Notes: generated from the letters alone by a model not told the origin. 64,000 nt of DNA from Longimicrobiales bacterium (GCA_965218295.1 CBDCKN010000003.1:160001-224000), one strand, 5' to 3'; counted from the stretch's first letter, positions 33,054 to 40,420 are shown. Made by a program: numbers and translations.

Positions 33054-33383
33054 TTGGCGCGTCTGCAGGCGCTTGCGGATCCGTCCCGTCGCGAGGTATT
33101 CGAGCGGTTGAGGCGAGGACCACAGTCGGTGGGGGAGCTGGCCAGGGCGCTTCCCATCAGCCAGCCGGCCGTGTCGCAGCATCTGAAGGTGCTCCGGGAG
33201 GCCCGGCTCGTGGACCTCCGCAGGTACGGCACGCGTCACATCTACCGAATGAGCCAGGAAGGGCTGCGGGAGCTGCGCTGCTATGTGGAATCGTTCTGGG
33301 GCGACGTCCTCGCCGCATTCGAAGCATCGGGCGACACACCCGAGATCAACCTGAAGAGGAGGAGGAAGAGGCATGAACGCTGA
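33054..33383 (+). CDS. ArsR/SmtB family transcriptional regulator
   Basis: ALADPSRR...SVGELA...SQPAVSQHLKVLREARLV; start uncertain. Confidence 0.85.
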   Translation: MARLQALADPSRREVFERLRRGPQSVGELARALPISQPAVSQHLKVLREARLVDLRRYGTRHIYRMSQEGLRELRCYVESFWGDVLAAFEASGDTPEINLKRRRKRHER

Positions 33384-33834
33384 GCAGACCCGGGCCGGGA
33401 TAGAGCCTATCGTCAAGTCGGTCACGGTCTCCTGGTCCCGTGAGACGGCGTTCCGCCGCTTCACGGATGAGATGGGGACCTGGTGGCCTGTCGAGACCCA
33501 CTCCCTGAGTGGTGAGCGAGCACGGACGGTGACGATGGAGGGTCGAGAGGGCGGCCGGCTCTACGAGACGGACGTGGACGGGAAAACGTGCCTCTGGGGC
33601 GCGGTGACAGCGTGGCAGCCGTCCGAGTACGTGGCATTCACGTGGCACTTGGATCGAGACCCTTCCACGGCGCAAAGGGTCGAGGTTCGGTTCACGGCCG
33701 ACGGCGAGGGCACCACGGTGGAGCTCACCCATCGCGATTGGGAGGTCTTCGCCGAGCGGGCCGAGGAGGTGCGGGGCAACTATCTCGGCGGATGGGAAGG
33801 CGTGCTCGGGCGGTACGCGGAGGGCGCGTCGTGA
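33373..33834 (+). CDS. SRPBCC/AHSA1 domain protein
   Basis: AFRRFT..WWP, WQP, VEVRF, TTVELTH, GW; typical ArsR-SRPBCC pair. Confidence 0.85.
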   Translation: MNAEQTRAGIEPIVKSVTVSWSRETAFRRFTDEMGTWWPVETHSLSGERARTVTMEGREGGRLYETDVDGKTCLWGAVTAWQPSEYVAFTWHLDRDPSTAQRVEVRFTADGEGTTVELTHRDWEVFAERAEEVRGNYLGGWEGVLGRYAEGAS

Positions 33835-33903
33835 ACCGAAGACGGGCCCTGGTCGGCGGGTGGTTGTATCGCGAGTAGCGCCCCCGGAGATATCTTGCAG
33901 GCC

Positions 33904-34203
33904 ATGTCTAGAGCGTTCGTCAAGGAGGACGGGAATCCGGATCCGGAGCCCCGCTACGGGCTTCCGGATCCGGACTCACCGTACTTCAAGGAAGCGGCGT
34001 CCCGGGCCCTCATCGAGGGTGCCAACCAGGGCAACACGAAGAGCGCCGAGCGTGCCACGGGATACCGGTGGGGACAGCCGGAGCTCGTTCCCGACATCCG
34101 AATGATCCTCGACGAGGCTCGCCAACAGGGTGACGAGCGCCGGGTACAGCTCGCCGAGCGCTACCTCCGGAAGGCAGGGGCGGTCACCGGCCCGGATGGC
34201 TAA
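33904..34203 (+). CDS. Hypothetical protein (MSRAFVKED N-terminus)
   Basis: N-terminus resembles that of some GreA/B-like proteins, but no Gre domain follows. Confidence 0.6.
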   Translation: MSRAFVKEDGNPDPEPRYGLPDPDSPYFKEAASRALIEGANQGNTKSAERATGYRWGQPELVPDIRMILDEARQQGDERRVQLAERYLRKAGAVTGPDG

Positions 34204-34422
34204 AAGCCCGCTGGGGCATCCAACCGTTGGCGTGCCATCAACTCCAGGCGCGGCGGCCCCGTCTACGGGTCTCCCGCGTGAACCCCTTTGTCCTGCGTCG
34301 GAACCGTTGGCCCGGTGTGGCATCTGCGATAGATTCGTATGGGGATTATATACCTATTTACTTTTTTGGCCCGATGCGTTATATTCTATATAAGGTAAAT
34401 GATGATACCGTAAGGGGTTACG

Positions 34423-35376
34423 ATGACACGACGCAAGGGACCGGGCAAGGCGTACCGGGAGGGAATAACCCTCCTCGAACTGGCGGAGATATTCCCGACC
34501 GAGGAGTCGGCCGTCCACTGGTTCGAGCGCGCGGTATGGGGCGAGGAGCGATGCTGCGGACACTGCGGAGGACTAGATACCCGCCAGACCAAGAGCGGAA
34601 AACCACAGCCCTACTTCTGTCGTGACTGTCATCAATACTTCAGCCTCCGCACCGGCACGGTGATGGCACACTCGAAGCTGCCCATCCGCACCTGGGTCTA
34701 CGCGATCTACCTGAACTGCACGAGCCTCAAGAGCGTTTCGTCGATGAAGCTGCATCGCGACCTGGGGATCACACAAAAGACGGCGTGGTTCATGCAGCAG
34801 CGCATCCGCGAGGCGTTCAAGGCCGAGGGACCGATGATCTTTATCGGACCCATCGAGGTGGATGAGAGCTATTTCGGTGGCAAGAAGAATCGCAAGACCT
34901 CGGGCCGTGGCCCGGTGGGTAAGACGGCCGTCGTCGGGGCGAAGGACCGGGCCACGGGACAGGTGACCGCACGGGTGGTCGACCGCACGGATAAAGAGAC
35001 GCTACAGAACTTCGTCGAGACCATCACGCTCAGGGACGGCACGAAGGTCTATACCGACGGCGCGATGGCCTACCGCGGACTGCCCAATCACGAGTGGGTC
35101 GATCACGGCGCCGGTGAGTATGTCGATGGTCAGGTTCACACAAATGGCATCGAGAGCTTCTGGTCGATGCTCAAGCGGGCGTACAAGGGGACGTTCCACA
35201 AGCTGTCCGCTAAGCACCTCCAGAGGTACGTCAACGAGTTTGCAGGCCGGCACAACATCCGCGAGATGGATACGATTCGACAGATGGAAGAGGTCGTCGT
35301 CCGCATGGTCGGTCGGCGGCTCATGTATCGCGACTTGACCGCTGACAACGGCCTGTCGTCAGGAGCGCGTAGCTGA
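34423..35376 (+). CDS. IS1595-family transposase
   Basis: Zn ribbon CGHC...CRDC, HTH (LHRDLGITQKTAWFM), EVDESYFGG / YTDG / HTNGIESFWSMLKR; intact. Confidence 0.95.
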   Translation: MTRRKGPGKAYREGITLLELAEIFPTEESAVHWFERAVWGEERCCGHCGGLDTRQTKSGKPQPYFCRDCHQYFSLRTGTVMAHSKLPIRTWVYAIYLNCTSLKSVSSMKLHRDLGITQKTAWFMQQRIREAFKAEGPMIFIGPIEVDESYFGGKKNRKTSGRGPVGKTAVVGAKDRATGQVTARVVDRTDKETLQNFVETITLRDGTKVYTDGAMAYRGLPNHEWVDHGAGEYVDGQVHTNGIESFWSMLKRAYKGTFHKLSAKHLQRYVNEFAGRHNIREMDTIRQMEEVVVRMVGRRLMYRDLTADNGLSSGARS

Positions 35377-35598
35377 GTCCTTCACCCAGTGGCTAACCGG
35401 CCCGATGAAGACCGAACCATCAACGGTTAGCCTGTTCCAGGAGAGACAGGGTTGCTGACGTAATTAGGGTATCAGCCTCAGCGTGCCGCTTTTTCCAGCG
35501 GAGCGTGAAGTACCGCTCAACCAATTCCTGAGAGGGTGGGAAGGTATTACTATTCATATGGAAAGCTCATTCATTGTTGTGGGTGGATGTTTTCCATC

Positions 35599-35631
35599 GC
35601 GCCCGATCTGACCTCATATCAGATTGGGCGC
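35599..35631. terminator. 13-bp hairpin between the convergent transposase and cargo operon
   Basis: GCGCCCGATCTGA-cctcata-TCAGATTGGGCGC; no clear U-tract. Confidence 0.4.
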
Positions 35632-35675
35632 AACCTTGTTAGTACACGACCCTCCTCGTCGTTGTTTCAGTAATA

Positions 35676-35858
35676 TCATGAAGATATCTTCACAAGAACG
35701 ATCTCGGCTTCGTGGCAGCCACGGGTCAGCGTGATGGCCTCGACGCAGGCGTCCTTGCTGGGGTAGGCAGGAGGAGGCCCCATGGCGATGACCTGTTCCT
35801 CATGGTACAGATTCCAGTGCCACTTGCCACCTTCATTTTTCTTGATCGCAAAGTGCAT
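35676..35858 (-). CDS. DUF1508/YegP (UPF0339)-like small protein
   Basis: F.IKK...GKWHWNL.....IA......Y.SKDAC..AI pattern; GGAGG RBS. Confidence 0.7.
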   Translation of the reverse strand: MHFAIKKNEGGKWHWNLYHEEQVIAMGPPPAYPSKDACVEAITLTRGCHEAEIVLVKISS

Positions 35859-36063
35859 ATCTTTAGCCTCCGCAGGTAAGAGCTACCAACAGGACGAGCG
35901 CTCCAGAGATGAGGTAGATCTGGATGATGGGCATCTCGTTTATCGCATGGGCTATCTCCTCACCCTTCTTCTGTGCTCTAGTGTCAAGGAGCTCTATGTC
36001 GATCACCGGCTCCTGTTTTTCTTTCAACTCTGTAGGCTGACCGGCCCCCAATAGTGGTACCAC

Positions 36064-36966
36064 CTACTGTGTTAGTCCAACGGCCTCCTGCAGCCTGGGG
36101 TGAGGGCCGTTAAGCTTGGGCAGATTCAAGAAGAAGGGATCGGGCCGTAGCGCTTCGGGGGCCGGTGGTCGGTAGCGGAGCGAGCTGTGGGGTCGGATGG
36201 TGTTGTACTCCCGCCGCCACTGTTCGATGAGCACTTTCGCCTCCTCCAACGAGTAGAAGATCTCCCGCTTCAGGACTTCTTCGCCCAGCGTCCCGTTGAA
36301 GCTTTCGTTGTAGCCATTCTCCCACGGGCTACCCGGCTCGATATACAGCGTCTTCACCTCGACCCGCTCGAGCCACTCACGAACCACCTTGGCCGTGAAC
36401 TCCGGACCGTTGTCGGACCGGAGATTGGCCGGTGGACCATGCTCGACAAAGAGCTCACTGAGCGTCTGCAACACATCGTCCGCCCTGAGCCTTCGGGCCA
36501 CTACGATCGCCAGACACTCCCGGCTGTATTCATCCAACACCGTCAGCATCTTCAGCGGCCGACCGTCGTGCGTCCGATCCGCCACGAAGTCATACGCCCA
36601 GACGTGATGGCGGTACAAGGGTCGAAGCCGGATGCATGAGCCGTCCGTAAACCAGAGCCGGCCCCGTTTGGGCTGTTTCTTGGGCACTTTCAGGCCCTCC
36701 TCTCTCCAGATCCGCTCCACCCGCTTGTGGTTCACCACCCAGCCCTCCGCCCTCAACATCCCTGTAACCATCCGGTACCCGTAGCGACCGAACCGACCCG
36801 CCACCTTGACCACGTCCGCTCGTAGCGCCGCTTCATCAGCCCCTCTCTTCCGACTCCTCCGTTGTGTCGATCGAGCCTGGCCCAACACCTCGCACGCTCG
36901 CCTCTCGCTCACCCCGAGCCGCTGCTGGACCCGCACCACACAGCGCCTCCGCCGCTCGGGGCTTAG
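36064..36966 (-). CDS. IS3 transposase OrfB (rve integrase core)
   Basis: RYGYR, NHKRVERIWREEGL, WAYDF, RSDNGPEF, PGSPWENGYNESFNG, RPHSSL; joined to OrfA by a -1 frameshift near GGGAAAC. Confidence 0.93.
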   Translation of the reverse strand, partial: LSPERRRRCVVRVQQRLGVSERRACEVLGQARSTQRRSRKRGADEAALRADVVKVAGRFGRYGYRMVTGMLRAEGWVVNHKRVERIWREEGLKVPKKQPKRGRLWFTDGSCIRLRPLYRHHVWAYDFVADRTHDGRPLKMLTVLDEYSRECLAIVVARRLRADDVLQTLSELFVEHGPPANLRSDNGPEFTAKVVREWLERVEVKTLYIEPGSPWENGYNESFNGTLGEEVLKREIFYSLEEAKVLIEQWRREYNTIRPHSSLRYRPPAPEALRPDPFFLNLPKLNGPHPRLQEAVGLTQ

Positions 36967-37244
36967 AAGTTTCCCTTTGACGCTTCCTTCAGGATCATCT
37001 TGTCCACCGTCAGATCGGCCACCGCCCGCTTCAGTCGATGGTTCTCCTTCTCGAGCTCCTTCAGACGCTTCGCCTGACTCGTCTTCATCCCCCCGTACTC
37101 CCTCCGCCACCGGTAGTACGTCTGCTCGCTCACCCCTAGATCCCGGATCACCTCTTTCAGCGACTTCCCGTTGGCGAGCCCCACTTCCGCCCGCCGTAGC
37201 CCGTTGATGATCTGCGCTGCCGTGTAGTTCTTCCGTGCTGCCAT
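36963..37244 (-). CDS. IS3 transposase OrfA (HTH)
   Basis: LGVSEQTYYRWRREYGG...RLKELEKENHRLKRAVADL. Confidence 0.93.
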   Translation of the reverse strand: MAARKNYTAAQIINGLRRAEVGLANGKSLKEVIRDLGVSEQTYYRWRREYGGMKTSQAKRLKELEKENHRLKRAVADLTVDKMILKEASKGNF

Positions 37245-37637
37245 CTCGACCTCCTCCCGGTCTCGACCCGCCCAGATTCTAACACTGGACCTGGTCTCGT
37301 TTCAGGGGGCTAGGTCATAGGAACAGGCACCACATAGAATGGGTGTTCTGCCTCGTTGCCGATCTCTGCTTGCACGAAGGTGTTCAATCGGTCGGCGAGC
37401 TCGGTGGCGACCGCACGGGTAAATGGCCAGGGCTCGCCGACGTTAGCTGGCCCATGCCCTGGCACATCGAGTGGAAAATCTATCGTCGTGAAGCCGATGA
37501 CCGTCTCAAGTGACTCATCTACACGGTGAGCGATAAGCCACCAACTCTGGTCATCATCGGGTTTGATCTTCTGCGGAAACCGCAGCAAGTTTCCCATCAC
37601 GCTCGCATGATAAGGACACAGTGGTGCCGGGCCGTTT

Positions 37638-37777
37638 GCCAGTCACCACATAGGGAACGTGCGGAAAGACTCCTACCTGTTCACCCGCCGGTCGGGAGCT
37701 ACCCTCTCGGATTTTGTGCTTGGGCTCTTGTATTCGGTAGGTAACCCGACGTGAGAGTCCCCTACGTAATAACTGGC
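37638..37777 (-). ncRNA. Candidate structured ncRNA or 5' leader (~140 nt)
   Basis: 5' GCCAGUUAUUACGUAGGGGAC pairs with 3' GUUCCCUAUGUGGUGACUGGC over 21 contiguous bp (5 G-U, valid only on the minus strand); internal crossing helices GUCGGG/CCCGAC and CCUACC/GGUAGG. Confidence 0.6.
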
Positions 37778-37783
37778 AGGCTC

Positions 37784-37812
37784 AACGTATAACTTGTTGG
37801 ACCCCTTGACAA
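37784..37812 (-). promoter_or_regulatory. sigma70-like promoter TTGTCA-N17-TACGTT
   Basis: Canonical spacing; predicted +1 near 37777 coincides with the first base of the 21-bp helix. Confidence 0.6.
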
Positions 37813-37880
37813 GGCCGTTTCCAGGGGTTACGCAGACGGGTCGTATAAATTATTTTTAACAGGTGATATTAGCGTAGAGG

Positions 37881-38054
37881 ATGAGGATGTCCGAGAAGAA
37901 AATGAGCAAGAAAGAGAGCGAGCAGCGTCGCGACGACTGGGCAGACGCCCCGTCGCGCAATCCTGACTTCAAGGGGGCGACACCGATCGATGTGGCCCGA
38001 GCGTTGTGGAATCATCGCCCGAAGAAGTCGTCACAGAAGGATCCGAAAAAGTAA
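37881..38054 (+). CDS. 57-aa basic small protein (not in the ORF track)
   Basis: MRMSEKKMSKKESEQRRDDWADAPSRNPDFKGATPIDVARALWNHRPKKSSQKDPKK; GAGG upstream; convergent with the tRNA-like gene. Confidence 0.55.
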   Translation: MRMSEKKMSKKESEQRRDDWADAPSRNPDFKGATPIDVARALWNHRPKKSSQKDPKK

Positions 38055-38068
38055 AAATGAGAACTACA

Positions 38069-38154
38069 CGGAAGGCGGGAGAGTCGAACCCCCGGTGCTT
38101 TCGACACCGCCCTGGCTTTTGGGACCAGTTGGACCACCAATCGGGGCACCTTCC
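38069..38154 (-). tRNA. Non-canonical 8/4 tRNA-like gene (allo-tRNA-like), anticodon CAA, G73, long variable arm
   Basis: Acceptor GGAAGGUG/CGCCUUCC (8 bp), anticodon arm CUGGU-CCCAAAA-GCCAG, variable arm CGGUGU-CGAAA-GCACCG, T-arm GGGG-UUCGACU-CUCC (4 bp); weak D-arm, C33, no encoded CCA. Confidence 0.75.
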
Positions 38155-38247
38155 GTGTAGTCTCTACCCTTGTAGCAAGAGCCCGATTTCAATAGAAAGT
38201 AAATAGGTATATAAATCCCATTCGTATTCCCTCAAAAAGGAATGCAC

Positions 38248-38940
38248 ATGCGATTTCAGATACAGTCGGTGGCGGTTCTCGCCTCGATCATCACAGCCGG
38301 CTGCCAGGCCGGCGGGACGGCGTCTCTGGATACAGACGTTCAGAAGGCGAGCTACGGCATCGGTATTGAGATCGGCACGAACTTCCGTCCGGCGCAGGAC
38401 TACTTCGACCTCGATGCGTTGATTCGAGGCATTGAAGACGCCCTGGCCGAGCGTGAGCTGGCCCTCCCCGCCGATTCGCTCCAGGTGGCGAGGCAGCGCG
38501 TGGGTCAGCAGGTTCAGCAGACCCAGATCACGGCTCAGCAGGAGCTCACGGACAAGAACCTCGCCGAGGGGGAGGCCTTCCTCACCGAGAACGCCACCAA
38601 GGAAGGGATCATCACCACGGACAGTGGGCTACAGTACGAGATCCTGACCCAAGGGGACGGCCCGCGGCCCGATGCCGACTCCCAGGTGAAAGTCCACTAC
38701 CGCGGCACGCTCATCGACGGTACCGAGTTCGATAGCTCGTACGAGCGTGGCGACCCTAGCGAGTTCGGCGTCAACAGGCTGATCCCCGGATTTAGCGAGG
38801 GTCTCCAGCTGATGCCCGTTGGCAGCCACTACCGACTCTTCATCCCTGCCGATATCGGGTATGGGCAGCAGGCCGCCGGAAGCAGCATCGGGCCCAACTC
38901 CACGCTGATCTTCGAGGTCGAGCTCCAGGAGATTCTCTAG
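38248..38940 (+). CDS. FKBP-type peptidyl-prolyl isomerase lipoprotein (FkpA/FklB-like)
   Basis: SYGIG N-domain, SGLQY, VHYRGTLIDGTEFDSS, IGPNSTLIFEVEL. Confidence 0.93.
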   Translation: MRFQIQSVAVLASIITAGCQAGGTASLDTDVQKASYGIGIEIGTNFRPAQDYFDLDALIRGIEDALAERELALPADSLQVARQRVGQQVQQTQITAQQELTDKNLAEGEAFLTENATKEGIITTDSGLQYEILTQGDGPRPDADSQVKVHYRGTLIDGTEFDSSYERGDPSEFGVNRLIPGFSEGLQLMPVGSHYRLFIPADIGYGQQAAGSSIGPNSTLIFEVELQEIL

Positions 38941-38968
38941 GAGCCTGACGCGGACCGGCGCTGGGGTC

Positions 38969-39499
38969 TCATCGGCCGGCCTTGGCCAGGATCGCTTCGA
39001 TGAATTCCGTCTTGCCCGCCGTGTATGCCTCCAAGTCCACGTCCTCTCGGGCGCCGAGATCACGCTTGAGGGCCGCATAAGCCTCCCGGTCCGCCTCGTC
39101 CTCGCGAAGGTGATCTCGCAGGGCGAGGTGCCGATCCAGCTCCCGGCCTCCCTCTACCGACACGTAGAGATGATGTGGCGCCCAGTCCCTCTTGGGATCG
39201 CGCAGCGGGACATCGGGTCCCCTCCGACGAAAGGCCTCCTGGCCCATGACCCCACGGTCTCCCTCGTAGATGTAGCCCAGGTGGGCGAGCTGCATGATCG
39301 TCCGACCCAGGTGAGAGTCCTCTGCGATCACCACATGGATGTCGATGATCGGCTTCGCTGCCAGCTCCGGAACGGCGGTGCTTCCCACATGCTCCACCTC
39401 CACGACGCCGCTCTCTTCGGGCAGCTCTTCGAGAAGGCAAGCCCTGACCTCATCGAATCGGGCCGGCCAGGCCGGGTTGTAGTCTGAAATGGTGATCAT
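38969..39499 (-). CDS. GrpB/UPF0157 family nucleotidyltransferase-like protein
   Basis: YNPAWP, EHVGSTAVPELAAKPIIDI, RDHLR, YTAGKTEFI. Confidence 0.9.
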   Translation of the reverse strand: MITISDYNPAWPARFDEVRACLLEELPEESGVVEVEHVGSTAVPELAAKPIIDIHVVIAEDSHLGRTIMQLAHLGYIYEGDRGVMGQEAFRRRGPDVPLRDPKRDWAPHHLYVSVEGGRELDRHLALRDHLREDEADREAYAALKRDLGAREDVDLEAYTAGKTEFIEAILAKAGR

Positions 39500-39574
39500 G
39501 GCACTACTGCCTCCGCCTCGCACCCAGTCCCGCGAGGACGCTCGCCGCCCCCGCCACGAAAGCTCGCCGCTTCA

Positions 39575-40420
39575 TCAGGTGCCCAACCCGCTCAGATAGA
39601 CGTAGCTGGCCGCTACCGACGTGAACCCCTCTGCGGGTTGGTCGTGCTCGACGAAGTAGTGACGCATCCCAGCCAGGGCCCGGGCACCGAAGATGGTCGG
39701 CCAGTCGATATCGCCGGCACCCACCTCCGTCATGACTCCCTCCTCGGTGCGGTCCTTCACATGCACCATGGGCACCCGCCCCGGCCAACGCTCGAAGAAG
39801 GCCATGGGGTCGCCGCCTCCGTGGATGATCCAGAAGAGATCGAGCTCGATCAGCACCAGCGCCGGATCGGTCTGCTCGCAGAGGAGGTCGAAGGGTATCT
39901 GACCGTCGATGGGCACGAACTCGAAGTCGTGATTGTGGTAGGCGAACTGGATCCCGGCGCGCCGAGCCTCATCGGCAGCACGGTTGAAGATGTCGGCGAG
40001 GGCACGCCAGTGATCGAGGGTGACGCGCATCTCGTTCGGGACGAAGGCCAGGACCAGGTACTGATGACCGATGGTGGTCGCGAGGTCCAACGTGTTCGGC
40101 CAGTCGGCGATCACGGCGTTGATGTCCACGTGAGCCGCGGGCGAGCTCAATCCGGCCGCCGCGAGGCCGCTCCTGATCTCGGCCGGGCTACGACCGAAGT
40201 ATCCACCGAATTCCACCTCGCTGTAGCCGATCTCGGCGACCCTAGCCAGCGTCGCGTCCACACCCTTTGCCATCTCTCGCCGGAGGGTGTAGAGCTGCAC
40301 GCCGAGCGGGCCCAGAGGTCCAGTCACAACCTCCGTCTGCCCGCACGCCAGCTCACCGATGCCCACAGTGCCCGCCGCCAGGAGCCCCAGTCTTCGCAAC
40401 GCCTCACGGCGCGTCACCAT
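39575..40420 (-). CDS. Tat-exported sugar phosphate isomerase/epimerase (xylose-isomerase-like TIM barrel)
   Basis: TRREAL signal, QLYTLR, YHNHDFEF, ELDLFW, HVKD, VEHD. Confidence 0.88.
   Translation of the reverse strand: MVTRREALRRLGLLAAGTVGIGELACGQTEVVTGPLGPLGVQLYTLRREMAKGVDATLARVAEIGYSEVEFGGYFGRSPAEIRSGLAAAGLSSPAAHVDINAVIADWPNTLDLATTIGHQYLVLAFVPNEMRVTLDHWRALADIFNRAADEARRAGIQFAYHNHDFEFVPIDGQIPFDLLCEQTDPALVLIELDLFWIIHGGGDPMAFFERWPGRVPMVHVKDRTEEGVMTEVGAGDIDWPTIFGARALAGMRHYFVEHDQPAEGFTSVAASYVYLSGLGT

Larger units (their letters stand above)
36038..37317 (-). mobile_element. IS3-family insertion sequence (IS407-like), nested
   Basis: Ends TGACCGGCCCCC.. and revcomp TGACCTAGCCCCC..; TAGG duplicated at 36033-36036 and 37318-37321 (one extra C on the left). 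Confidence 0.92.
35863..37600 (-). pseudogene. ~150-aa hypothetical protein with C-terminal TM anchor, interrupted by IS3
   Basis: Joining the halves at the duplicated CCTA gives ...YVVPVP-TELKEKQE... in frame, ending IIQIYLISGALVLLVALTCGG. Confidence 0.75.
34341..38219 (+). mobile_element. IS1595-family cargo-carrying transposon (ISNwi1-like termini)
   Basis: TIRs GGGGATTATATACCTATTTACTTT (34341-34364) and revcomp GGGATTTATATACCTATTTACTTT (38196-38219), 22/24; exact 8-bp TSD ATTCGTAT at 34333-34340 and 38220-38227; lower GC than flanks. Confidence 0.95.

Noticed and set aside
37638..37777. HDV/theta ribozyme, c-di-GMP riboswitch or retron ncRNA
   Set aside because: The crossing-helix order is HDV-like, but the P3/L3 segment is too long and the catalytic J4/2 is not evident; riboswitch consensus motifs are not matched; no reverse transcriptase is in the window
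34413..37832. 10-bp direct match AGGGGTTACG at 34413 and 37823
   Set aside because: Short and present only twice; could be a binding site but cannot be distinguished from chance
38069..38154. Canonical selC (tRNA-Sec)
   Set aside because: It has a Sec-like GGAAG start, 8-bp acceptor and long arm, but the anticodon is CAA not UCA, the T-stem is 4 bp, the D-stem is not 6 bp, and no selA/selB lie nearby
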